Shown: positions 1 through 7,564 of the stretch, piece by piece
How the letters are laid out: every line of letters starts with the position of its first letter
How positions within the stretch are numbered: position 1 is the stretch's first letter
Source: Truepera sp.
GTDB taxonomy: Bacteria; Deinococcota; Deinococci; Deinococcales; Trueperaceae
DNA: 21,119 bases
Assembly: GCA_965218435.1 (NCBI GenBank)
Contig: CBDCKW010000006.1
Location: forward strand, 1-21,119
Direction: 5' to 3'
Notes under the pieces: generated by a model
Told to the model about the DNA's origin: nothing
What the model saw: only the letters and a program-made list of their open reading frames with translations
Databases searched by the model: none
Made by a program: the position numbers and the translations under genes

Positions 1-113
1 CAGTAGTACAGCCCTATGAAACGCATACCGAGCGGGTCGCCTACGGTGTCTGGGACGAGGTACACAGCCTCGTCCCAGCGTCGGCAGTAGTTGACCTGGG
101 GGTGGCGGCATGA
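1..113 (+). CDS. 3' part of the 96-aa hypothetical protein (complete at 12804-13094)
   Basis: Identical to 12982-13094; its stop overlaps the ATG at 110 (ATGA). Confidence 0.65.
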   Translation, partial: VVQPYETHTERVAYGVWDEVHSLVPASAVVDLGVAA

Positions 114-421
114 CCGCCCCTTTAAGGGCCTCGAGCCCCGACAAAGAGGTAAGATCGGACATGAATAAAACTTCTTTTGAAGTCGTTGAGCAGTTAGGTG
201 CGCCTGTGTTTGAGTTGTGTGACCGCTACGGCGACGACAGCCTCTCACTCGGTGTGGACTTCGATCAGCAGTGCTACGAGGCGGTGTTCGCCGTGATTGA
301 CGGCAAAGCTTTCGAGCAGGTCAGGGCCTGCGTGGACCTACCGGCGACGCACCCGGCCTCGGACCACATTGACGCGGCGCTGGCGGCGGTGTATTACAGT
401 GGCCGGGGCGGGATCGCCTAA
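110..421 (+). CDS. Small acidic hypothetical protein (103 aa)
   Basis: ATGA-coupled to the upstream ORF and followed by an intrinsic terminator. Confidence 0.65.
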   Translation: MTAPLRASSPDKEVRSDMNKTSFEVVEQLGAPVFELCDRYGDDSLSLGVDFDQQCYEAVFAVIDGKAFEQVRACVDLPATHPASDHIDAALAAVYYSGRGGIA

Positions 422-435
422 CACACCACTTTCAA

Positions 436-493
436 GCTCGAGTGCCGCCTCTTCGGGGCGGCTTTTTCGTTGTTGTAGTGGCGGCACTCGAGC
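436..493. repeat. 14-bp perfect inverted repeat enclosing the terminator
   Basis: GCTCGAGTGCCGCC (436-449) and GGCGGCACTCGAGC (480-493) with a 30-bp spacer. Confidence 0.85.
444..467 (+). terminator. Rho-independent terminator
   Basis: GCCGCC-tcttcgg-GGCGGC stem followed by TTTTT, 22 nt after the stop at 421. Confidence 0.7.
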
Positions 494-532
494 CGTCCGA
501 ACGATTGAGCCGGATAGTCATATATCGTTCGT

Positions 533-677
533 GTGGCTGAAAAGGGGTACGATTGAAAATGCGTCCCTCACGCGATCGGTCTCGAGCCACCCGTACTACG
601 CCGGAGGTCGGCACTCCCGGTGAGTAACGGCTGCAGTGGTAAGTCATGAGCCGTCCACGTGGCTGAAAAGGGGTACG
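533..677. repeat. 19-bp direct repeat pair
   Basis: GTGGCTGAAAAGGGGTACG at 533-551 and 659-677; GAGCCGTCC also occurs at 490 and 648. Confidence 0.85.
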
Positions 678-787
678 GGTGGCCTACAGCAAAAAAGCCG
701 CGCTTACCGGACGCGACCTTTTTGCATATGCTGTCCCTGCGGAGGTCAGACCTCATGATCGTAGCGGGGCTCGAGGGGACATTTCTG

Positions 788-1369
788 CTATTCACCTCCT
801 TGATTTTCAAGATCGCCCTGATCTTCTACCGAGCTAACCTCATTTTCTATAGCCCTGACCTGAATGAAGTCAGGGGTTATAAAATCGACGAGAGGGCCGA
901 GTCTGTGCTCTATTAGTGTTTTCATGGTGTTGACCATCTCGTGCAAAGGGCGGTAATAAGTTACGCGATTTTCGCCATGCGACTCAAAAAAATACCTAAA
1001 CTCGGTGAACCTATTGCTTGACGTCTCGAGTGCCCTCATAAACTCCTCTTTTGTATAATTTGTTACTGGCAGTGTGGCAAGTTCTAAGATTTCGTCCTGA
1101 GTCTGTTTAAGCAAGCCGTCAAAAAGCTTTTTGAGGTTGTGGATTTTTGTAGGGGTTTCTCCATTGTCCATTTGGTGCAGCACCTTGAGGTACAGCTCAG
1201 CAGTAAGAGCCTCAATTGTCACGTATGGGATCATGCGTGTATCGTCTATTTTGCCATTTTCTCGGTAAACCGCTCTGTAGAGTGATACGGTGGCCGCATA
1301 AAACGACTGAGCCGTATAAAGCATTTCAAGTCTCTGATCAGAGAAGTCTTTTTTCTCACTCTTTGCCAT
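788..1369 (-). CDS. HEPN domain protein (putative RNase), stand-alone
   Basis: Motifs ELYLK...IHNLKKLF...FTEFRYFFESH match the HEPN pattern E..LK / H.L..L / RY, with an R-X5-H present. AT-rich relative to the backbone. Confidence 0.7.
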   Translation of the reverse strand: MAKSEKKDFSDQRLEMLYTAQSFYAATVSLYRAVYRENGKIDDTRMIPYVTIEALTAELYLKVLHQMDNGETPTKIHNLKKLFDGLLKQTQDEILELATLPVTNYTKEEFMRALETSSNRFTEFRYFFESHGENRVTYYRPLHEMVNTMKTLIEHRLGPLVDFITPDFIQVRAIENEVSSVEDQGDLENQGGE

Positions 1370-1488
1370 AGTTGATTATCAATAAAACACACCACGTAAT
1401 GATATGAACAGAGACAATCATGTCCCGAAAACCACCGATAACGAGGCGACTCGAGCAGAACCCACAGTCATAAGCACCTATATAAACG

Positions 1489-1530
1489 ACACAAACCCTA
1501 TCATAATGGGTGTTATAACAAGGCTTGTGT
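1489..1530. promoter_or_regulatory. dif-like recombination (resolution/att) site overlapping the recombinase promoter
   Basis: ACACAAACCCTATCATAA-TGGGTG-TTATAACAAGGCTTGTGT: 18-bp imperfect inverted arms (14/18) around a 6-bp spacer with ATAA/TTAT inner ends. Confidence 0.65.
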
Positions 1531-1542
1531 TACTATTTGTAC

Positions 1543-2502
1543 ATGGATAGAGCGCCTAAAACCGACCTTGTTAAAACAGGGGGCTCGAGTCTCGTCGAGC
1601 GTACTCGTGAGCTGGCCACCTTGAGCGAAGACGATCTCAGGCGCTTTGCCGCTGAAGCTGCGAGAGACCGCGACGCGTCGGCATTGTGGGCGCTCACTGA
1701 GGCACACCTGACGCTGCACGGGTCGGCGGGGTCAAGGGTTTCAAGTCATACCCTTACGGCTTACCGGCGTGTGCTCGAGGTGCTACTTACAGAGTGGCAA
1801 GGTGAAAATCTGCTGCGTCCGGGGCGTAATGCCGGGGTGCTGTGGATCAGGGGCCTCGAGGCCCGCTTTAAGCCTGCGACTGTTCGGGTCTACCTCGCCG
1901 GGGCAAAGGCGCTCTACGCGGCGCTGCGGTGGTCCGGCGCGACGGACACCGCCCCTTTTGCCGACGTTAAAGCTGCAGTTGATAAGACGCCCGCCTGGGA
2001 GCGGCGCGAGGCTTACACGCAAACTGAGGTGAGCTGGCTCGAGCGGATCGCCGACGGCCCTACGCTGCTCGTTGTCCTGCTCGGGGCGCACGCCGGGTTG
2101 CGGGTCAGCGAAATGACCGCGCTGCGGTGGGAGAATATCAACCTGAGCGAGACAGTACTAAAAGTCGTTGCGGGTAAGGGTGGCAAAACCGCGCGGGTTT
2201 ACCTGACACCTACACTCGTTCAAGCACTCGAGACTACGCCACCCGAGCAGCGGACCGGCTATGTATTGCCCTGTCGGTCGCAGCAGGCGGTCTACGGGCG
2301 GCTTGAGGTCGCGTGTAAGCAGGCTCGGGTCAAGTTCAAGGGGGTTCATGCGTTAAGACATGCTTCAGGGACACGACTCCACGACGAGACAGGTGACCTA
2401 GCACTCGTAGCCGATCACCTCCGGCAGGTCAACTTAGATACGGCTCGAGGCTATGCAAAGGCGAACAACGTACAGCTCAAGCGGGCACTCGGCGAATGGT
2501 AA
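1543..2502 (+). CDS. Tyrosine recombinase (XerC/D-like integrase/resolvase), 319 aa
   Basis: GLRVSE (Arg), GKGGK (Lys), HALRH (H-x-x-R) and TARGY (Tyr). Start placed at ATG 1543, 6 nt after TACTAT (1531-1536). Confidence 0.93.
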   Translation: MDRAPKTDLVKTGGSSLVERTRELATLSEDDLRRFAAEAARDRDASALWALTEAHLTLHGSAGSRVSSHTLTAYRRVLEVLLTEWQGENLLRPGRNAGVLWIRGLEARFKPATVRVYLAGAKALYAALRWSGATDTAPFADVKAAVDKTPAWERREAYTQTEVSWLERIADGPTLLVVLLGAHAGLRVSEMTALRWENINLSETVLKVVAGKGGKTARVYLTPTLVQALETTPPEQRTGYVLPCRSQQAVYGRLEVACKQARVKFKGVHALRHASGTRLHDETGDLALVADHLRQVNLDTARGYAKANNVQLKRALGEW

Positions 2503-2528
2503 GGTGAAATACCCTCTTTCGTTACCTC

Positions 2529-2579
2529 TTGCGACAAGCCGCTCAAGCGATTTGCAACCTTGCGATAGGGATTGCGATA
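2529..2579. repeat. Cluster of short TTGCGA(C/T)A direct repeats, operator/centromere-like
   Basis: TTGCGACA 2529, TTGCAACC 2552, TTGCGATA 2560 and 2572, directly upstream of the HTH/coiled-coil gene. Confidence 0.55.
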
Positions 2580-2592
2580 GAGTGGGCGCAAC

Positions 2593-3111
2593 ATGGATAA
2601 TTGCCCCGAGCACCCGGATGCTGAAGCAGAACTCGACGAGGGTTACTTCACCGGATCGTCGCAAGAGGTTGCTACGGCGCTAAGAGTTACGACGGCGGGC
2701 CTTCGGCGGCTTGCTGACATATACGATACGGTCTACCCTCCACTACGGCGCGACGAGCAGCAAAATAATCGCCGATTATGGACCCGAGCCGCTATAGAAC
2801 GCCTAAAAATGGCTCGGCAGCTTGTGCAAGCCGAAAAAGCCCGGAGCATTAAAGCTGCACTCGAGTCAATCAGAAATGGCGGCGCAACCCCTTCAAAATC
2901 CCCTCTTGCGGTACCGCAAGCCCCGGCGCAAGACGGGGTACTGCTTGCGGTACTTGAGCATGTGCAGCGCCTCGAGGCCCATATGGAGGCTATGCAACGG
3001 CAGCTTGAGGCACCGAAAGAGGTCGCGCAACCCACGGTGACGACGGCTGACGACGGTCCACTAGTACGGGCTGCGCGGTGGCTCGAGGCCCGTCTGCGGG
3101 GTCGGCCTTGA
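2593..3111 (+). CDS. MerR-type HTH plus coiled-coil protein (RacA/pSK1 Par-like architecture)
   Basis: SQEVATALRVTTAGLRR...RRDEQQNNRRLWT..AIERLK is HTH/wing-like. It has a heptad stretch VLEHVQRLEAHMEAMQRQL and an amphipathic C-terminus LVRAARWLEARL. Confidence 0.7.
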   Translation: MDNCPEHPDAEAELDEGYFTGSSQEVATALRVTTAGLRRLADIYDTVYPPLRRDEQQNNRRLWTRAAIERLKMARQLVQAEKARSIKAALESIRNGGATPSKSPLAVPQAPAQDGVLLAVLEHVQRLEAHMEAMQRQLEAPKEVAQPTVTTADDGPLVRAARWLEARLRGRP

Positions 3112-3350
3112 AACTAGATGACCGCTACGCTTATAACGAAATCGTACTCGAGCCCGAAGACGAGGTAATCCTTGACCGGGTATGGGCAAAGTTTGCCGCC
3201 GAACACCCTAATTATCAGTCACCGCCCGAACAACTCGACCGCCTCCGCACCCTGAGCGACCGGCGCAGAGCACTTTACGCTCAGTTACCGAGCCGTGAAG
3301 AGCGTCAGCGGCGTGCGGCGCAAATGCGTGAGCGTGACCGGTGCAGTTGA
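3108..3350 (+). CDS. Hypothetical protein (~80 aa)
   Basis: TTG at 3108 overlaps the upstream TGA (TTGA coupling); helical, charged composition. Confidence 0.5.
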   Translation: MKLDDRYAYNEIVLEPEDEVILDRVWAKFAAEHPNYQSPPEQLDRLRTLSDRRRALYAQLPSREERQRRAAQMRERDRCS

Positions 3351-3725
3351 AAAACTGCGGCGGCACTCGAGCCCTTTGTCTAAGCAAACGATAACCTCTA
3401 GGCTTACACTGCCCGAAAATAAGTCTGTAAGCGTTTCACCCTCGAGCCCCACATACCCCCGTCCCTGACGCAAATGCACCTCTAACCTACCGGTGCGCCT
3501 TACGGATTAAACCGACGGTCAGCCGGACGCGCCGGATCGGGGCGGCAACGGTGCAGCTGCATGGGTAGCTCGAGGTGAAGGTGAAAACGTCCGTATGTGC
3601 GTGTAGCACGTAAAATGCCGCCTAGTGTGGGCGACATGTTCGTAGTGGGTTAGGGGCGGCACTCGAGGCTGTAGCGGTTAGCGGCGTAACCTATAATCAT
3701 GAGCGCGCTTAGAAATTATCTTGAT

Positions 3726-4631
3726 TCAACTCCAGCTTTTACGTTCATTGACCAGCCGCGCACTTTCATGGGCTTGTTTCGCACGCGCAACAGCTGACCT
3801 GACCTCTTTGTACTGTCCGGCTGCGATCATGCTCGTCAACTGCCCTACCGTCGTCGGATTGTCAAAATAACTGTCAACTTGTGAGGTTAAAAAGTCAGCG
3901 GTCTCCTGTGGCGTCCGTTTGCGCTTCGGCGCGCCGGGGGCTTTAGCGACGAGCTGCTCGTCGTCGTTCACCGGGGCTGCAGCCTGTGGGCGGGCCTCGA
4001 GTTGAGACAAGCGGACCTCGAGGGAGCTGAGAAGTTGCTCGACTTTACCGAACCTAGCGATCATTTCTGACGTCGCCGCACGGCTGTCGTATGCAGCTAG
4101 GTCGTCGTCGGACCCGGCACCGGTTACCTGTGCCATAACGTCAGGTGCTTTTGCAAGGGTATTGCGCTCCGTAAGCTCAAGCAAGGCAGTTTTCGCAGAT
4201 TTGAGATCCCCGACGCTGATATGTCCGGCGATTATGCCCATTTCGGTCGGGTCGCTGATCGTCCGGTCGGCAAAGGCGAGTAGGGCGTCCGGGTTGTCGA
4301 AGTTGCCTACTGCCTTTGCAAGTGTAGCTTCACCTCGGTCAACCGGGCTCGAGGTTTTTTCGCTTAAGGTCGGGGCGATAACAACGCGCCACAAGTTTTC
4401 AAGCTGTTCGAGCCGGTCGCGTAAGGCGGTGATAACGCCCTGATCTTCGTCGGCGAGGTCGTCAGCGGTCGTTGCGGCTCGAGCTAGGCGCTGTTCAGCG
4501 GCGGTGGCTGCGCGGGGGTCGCCCAAAACACGCTCGCCCGAACCGGCGGCTTTTGCAATGTAGGAGCCCATTTTCAGACGGGCGATAAACTGTTCGACGC
4601 GCTCGAGGCGCGATAACTCTTGTGGGCTCAT
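3726..4631 (-). CDS. Hypothetical 301-aa helical protein with an internal duplication and repeated [ILV]AKA motifs
   Basis: Long ORF with coiled-coil segments; leaderless-type TAAGGT-6nt-ATG start. Confidence 0.85.
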   Translation of the reverse strand: MSPQELSRLERVEQFIARLKMGSYIAKAAGSGERVLGDPRAATAAEQRLARAATTADDLADEDQGVITALRDRLEQLENLWRVVIAPTLSEKTSSPVDRGEATLAKAVGNFDNPDALLAFADRTISDPTEMGIIAGHISVGDLKSAKTALLELTERNTLAKAPDVMAQVTGAGSDDDLAAYDSRAATSEMIARFGKVEQLLSSLEVRLSQLEARPQAAAPVNDDEQLVAKAPGAPKRKRTPQETADFLTSQVDSYFDNPTTVGQLTSMIAAGQYKEVRSAVARAKQAHESARLVNERKSWS

Positions 4632-4636
4632 ACCCT

Positions 4637-4658
4637 GACCTTAGCGGCGTTTGTGGGG
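4637..4658 (-). promoter_or_regulatory. Shared 22-bp promoter motif, copy A
   Basis: Minus strand CCCCACAAACGCCGCTAAGGTC, 5 nt before ATG 4631; 20/22 identical to 7501-7522. Confidence 0.7.
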
Positions 4659-4709
4659 AGATTGCCACCCGGCAACCTTTACCCCTACACTCGTCCGTAC
4701 TCTTAAGAC

Positions 4710-5129
4710 ATGAATGACGATTTGCTATTGCCGTCTCAGTTTGCCTCGTACATGGGCGTTCGAGAAAGGCGCGGTCGGCAACTCCTCGCCGAACTCGAGG
4801 CGGTCGGCTTTGTTCTAACCCCCGATAACCGAGGCGCGCGTCAGGTACCGCGTCCGGTGGCTGAGGCGGCAAAAGCAGCGCACCGGGCGGGCAAAGAACT
4901 CGCCTCACTGAGGTTAAACGTGGCCCTGACACCGTATCTAGCTCGAGACGCGCGTGGAGTCGAACCTAGCGCATTAGACACGCTGATTTTTACGGCGGTC
5001 GAGGTTGCAATCTGCCGGGAGGCCGTCGCGGTGCTTGCTGAGGCGCTTAGTACCGGCGCTCAACGCTCGAGCTACCGGGCGCTGTCGTTTCGCAACGCGT
5101 CTTTACCCGACCCCCGGCAGGGACTGTGA
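4710..5129 (+). CDS. Putative HTH DNA-binding protein (139 aa)
   Basis: PSQFASYMGVRERRGRQLLAELEAVGFVLTPDNRGARQV resembles a MerR-like HTH with wing; TACTCT-6nt-ATG start. Confidence 0.7.
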   Translation: MNDDLLLPSQFASYMGVRERRGRQLLAELEAVGFVLTPDNRGARQVPRPVAEAAKAAHRAGKELASLRLNVALTPYLARDARGVEPSALDTLIFTAVEVAICREAVAVLAEALSTGAQRSSYRALSFRNASLPDPRQGL

Positions 5130-5647
5130 CCACCACGGCCACGCCTGAATTCGAGCAGCTCCTAAGCCGCGTTCGTGACCTCGAGGCCCGTCTTGAAGCC
5201 CGTACAGCTCCTGCACCGGCCATGCTGCCCATTGCGTACCGTCCCGATCCGGTTTACACGCCGCCTGTCACGACGACCATTGCGTCACTCATGGCGAGCG
5301 GGCCACTCAGGTATTGCAGTGTCCGGGAGGTCCGGCAGTTGAGCTGTGCGGTCGCCTTAGCTCGTGGGGACATGCTGCCGGGTGGCGTCGTGCCGGTTTC
5401 ATACGAGGGTCCCATGCTCGAGCTTGCTGCGGCTCGAGCTGAGGGTCTGACGTGGCACGCCTCGTTTGAACGGTGTGGGCTGACACCCCCGGACGACGGT
5501 GAAGTTGCGCACCAGGCGCGGACGCTGCGCGCGCAGCTGCGCGGCTTGTGGGACGGGCTCGAGAGTCTTTTAGGGCCGTTGCAGACGGTGGTTAATCCCG
5601 TCGCATGGCAAAACTTTGTCGAATATCTCCGGCGACTGCTCGTGTAG
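5126..5647 (+). CDS. Hypothetical protein (173 aa)
   Basis: GTGA overlap with the upstream gene; N-terminal coiled coil. Confidence 0.75.
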   Translation: MTTTATPEFEQLLSRVRDLEARLEARTAPAPAMLPIAYRPDPVYTPPVTTTIASLMASGPLRYCSVREVRQLSCAVALARGDMLPGGVVPVSYEGPMLELAAARAEGLTWHASFERCGLTPPDDGEVAHQARTLRAQLRGLWDGLESLLGPLQTVVNPVAWQNFVEYLRRLLV

Positions 5648-5731
5648 CGGTCGCCACGCTATGGTGGGCACCACTACCTCCTTTGTTTTAGTGTCTCTCA
5701 ACTCATGCCGCTCGTAGCCCACCGCGAGCAC

Positions 5732-5792
5732 AACCGATAACCCCCCTCGAGACTCGTCACCTCGAGGGGGGTTTTCGGTTTTAACTCTTTTT
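5732..5792 (+). terminator. Long hairpin, probable terminator
   Basis: AACCGATAACCCCCCTCGAG (5732-5751) and CTCGAGGGGGGTTTTCGGTT (5761-5780) pair at 19/20 with a 9-nt loop; T-rich tail. Confidence 0.7.
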
Positions 5793-5980
5793 ACGGTTGC
5801 GTAGGGCGAATACTGCTCCGACGAGCACGACGATTTTTGTTGCGATTTCGAGTACCTGCATGATCAGTTCTAAATGTAAGTTTGTCATACAGCTATGGTA
5901 AAGCTGATTTAGTCCAATTGCGAGCCACGAATTTGCGTCTGTGACGTACTTTTTTTGTTATTCGTCTCTGCTTCTGCTTA

Positions 5981-6100
5981 ACCTTTTACGGCATTATATG
6001 GAACAACACGATTTTACCATTCAGACTACGTTTCTCTATTCTTGACTACGGATTTAGCTTTTCAGTTACGGTTTTGACTTTTGAGTTATGCTTTTGATAT
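5981..6100. repeat. Degenerate array with a 20-bp period (6 units)
   Basis: ACG ends at 5990, 6010, 6030, 6050 and 6070 (ATG at 6090), mostly followed by a T-run. Confidence 0.55.
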
Positions 6101-6779
6101 GCACCGTCACAATCTCCTAAGAGAACGAATTATACAAACCCTCGAGACGACTTCTCGAGGGCTAAGTCAGCTCGAGCTAATGTGCTTATGTCATGGGTAT
6201 AGGTACACGCATGGCAAATTGCTTTACTTTAGTGTTCAAGAACGCTTGTTCAAGCAAACTCGAGACGATCACAAGGTTGAGGAGCTGTTACAAACAGTTT
6301 TGAAAGAAGCTGATGACGAATATGCAGCACGTAAACTAGACGTCGGATCAACGGCAGCTAAACGGTATGAGCAAAACAGAAGGTCAGAAGTTTACGACCT
6401 GCGAGAACCTAAAACAGAGATTATAGTGAGAGCACCACATAAGCAACTCATGATGGGGATCACTGACGTCAGCCCTCTCGCTGAGAACATATCAAGGATA
6501 GCTAAGCTTTTACCACATTACGAATACATGTCCGAACAAGTTATTTTGACTGAATATGCAAAGCTCAACACTGAACTTGAAAGCAAGCTTGCAAAATATC
6601 CTAGAGTAGTATGGTCGAAGATCAAGATAGAGCGCACTCTTTTTGAGGATGAAAATATTACTCGGCATGTTCGCACAGCGCGACAGGCAACGAACCGAGC
6701 ACTGAAACACCTTGAAAAGAAGAGGCAAGTTGTAAAACGCGGAGAGCCAGCGAAAGCAAGGTACATGCTGCCAGATTAA
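6099..6779 (+). CDS. Hypothetical AT-rich protein (226 aa), possibly an interrupted winged HTH
   Basis: Long ORF; TATGCT-6nt-ATG at 6099; wHTH-like segments at both ends. Confidence 0.8.
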   Translation: MHRHNLLRERIIQTLETTSRGLSQLELMCLCHGYRYTHGKLLYFSVQERLFKQTRDDHKVEELLQTVLKEADDEYAARKLDVGSTAAKRYEQNRRSEVYDLREPKTEIIVRAPHKQLMMGITDVSPLAENISRIAKLLPHYEYMSEQVILTEYAKLNTELESKLAKYPRVVWSKIKIERTLFEDENITRHVRTARQATNRALKHLEKKRQVVKRGEPAKARYMLPD

Positions 6780-6824
6780 TTGTCTAAATACGAGATCAGC
6801 AGTGTGTTTTAGCGACAACACATT

Positions 6825-7049
6825 TTAGCTGTCGTCAGCCGAAGTCAAAAGCAGCGGCGCGATATGCTCGAGCAGCGCCTCGTGGGGCGTTGCGCCCGCT
6901 GCCATAGCCCGACGTACCGCGTGCGACGCCTCCCGGACCCTACGGTGCAGGACGACAGCGTCCGACGACAACAGCGCCCCGGACCACCCGGTCATAAGGG
7001 CCTCAAGGCTCACCTTTGCGGTTCGTAACTCTTTTTCTCGAGCCGTCAC
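6825..7049 (-). CDS. Hypothetical protein (~74 aa)
   Basis: GTG at 7049 overlaps the TGA of 7046-7495; it is the in-frame C-terminal part of the track ORF 6825-7169. Confidence 0.55.
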   Translation of the reverse strand: MTAREKELRTAKVSLEALMTGWSGALLSSDAVVLHRRVREASHAVRRAMAAGATPHEALLEHIAPLLLTSADDS

Positions 7050-7495
7050 GCCGGGACCTGCGGGGAGCGGTGCACAACGGTGTTTGTCACTCGCTCGTTT
7101 TTGCGGGCGCGGTAGGTCTCGAGGGCCTCGTGCGCGGCGTTGACCCACACCTCGGGCTCGAGTGCCCACTCACCATTGACCTGACGGTCTTTAGCGAGCC
7201 CGAAGAGGGCTAGGGCGTCGCGGCGCAGCTCGTCGGGGGTGGCCGTCGCCAGCACTGCGCCGTTCAGGAGTTGCGTGCGGTGGTGGTCGTAACGCGTCTG
7301 CTGCAGCTCGTCGGGGTAGGTAATGACGTCCTCGAGCGCGGCAACCTCCCGGCAGTAATCCGGGGTAGGGCGCTCGTCAAGGGTAGCAATGTACTCGAGG
7401 GCCTGCACGAGATAGGCGGCGGGCTCAAGGGTTGCGTCGAATGGTGCTGTGAGGGGTAGCGGCGGGACAGCTTGATACGTCGTTATGGTCGTCAT
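7046..7495 (-). CDS. Hypothetical protein (149 aa), apparently paralogous to the helicase C-terminal domain
   Basis: TACGGT-6nt-ATG start; ATPDELRRDALALFG...WVNAAHEAL resembles ADPNALRVEALTLYG...WAEAAEEVV. Confidence 0.75.
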   Translation of the reverse strand: MTTITTYQAVPPLPLTAPFDATLEPAAYLVQALEYIATLDERPTPDYCREVAALEDVITYPDELQQTRYDHHRTQLLNGAVLATATPDELRRDALALFGLAKDRQVNGEWALEPEVWVNAAHEALETYRARKNERVTNTVVHRSPQVPA

Positions 7496-7500
7496 GGTTA

Positions 7501-7522
7501 GACCGTAGCGGCGTCTGTGGGG
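7501..7522 (-). promoter_or_regulatory. Shared 22-bp promoter motif, copy B
   Basis: Minus strand CCCCACAGACGCCGCTACGGTC, 5 nt before ATG 7495. Confidence 0.7.
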
Positions 7523-7564
7523 GGACTGTGATTTTGCTAAGTTTTGCGGGTCTATGCACCCTGA

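Noticed and set aside
530..625. Hammerhead ribozyme (CTGAAAAG...GAAA)
   Set aside because: The core does not match CUGAnGA and I could not build the three stems.
533..677. CRISPR or type III antitoxin array from the 19-bp repeats
   Set aside because: Only two copies, 126 bp apart, with no cas genes; they lie downstream rather than upstream of the putative toxin.
297..916. Track ORFs 297-623, 432-647, 568-810 and 659-916
   Set aside because: They overlap each other, a terminator and real genes, and have no start signals or recognisable domains.
1525..1542. TTG start of the recombinase at 1525 (and similarly the starts at 6081, 10758 and 12697)
   Set aside because: These extensions run through promoter or site DNA; downstream ATGs fit a -10 box or RBS better.
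6803..6826. Terminator between convergent genes (TGTGTT/AACACA)
   Set aside because: A weak 6-bp AT-rich stem; not enough support.
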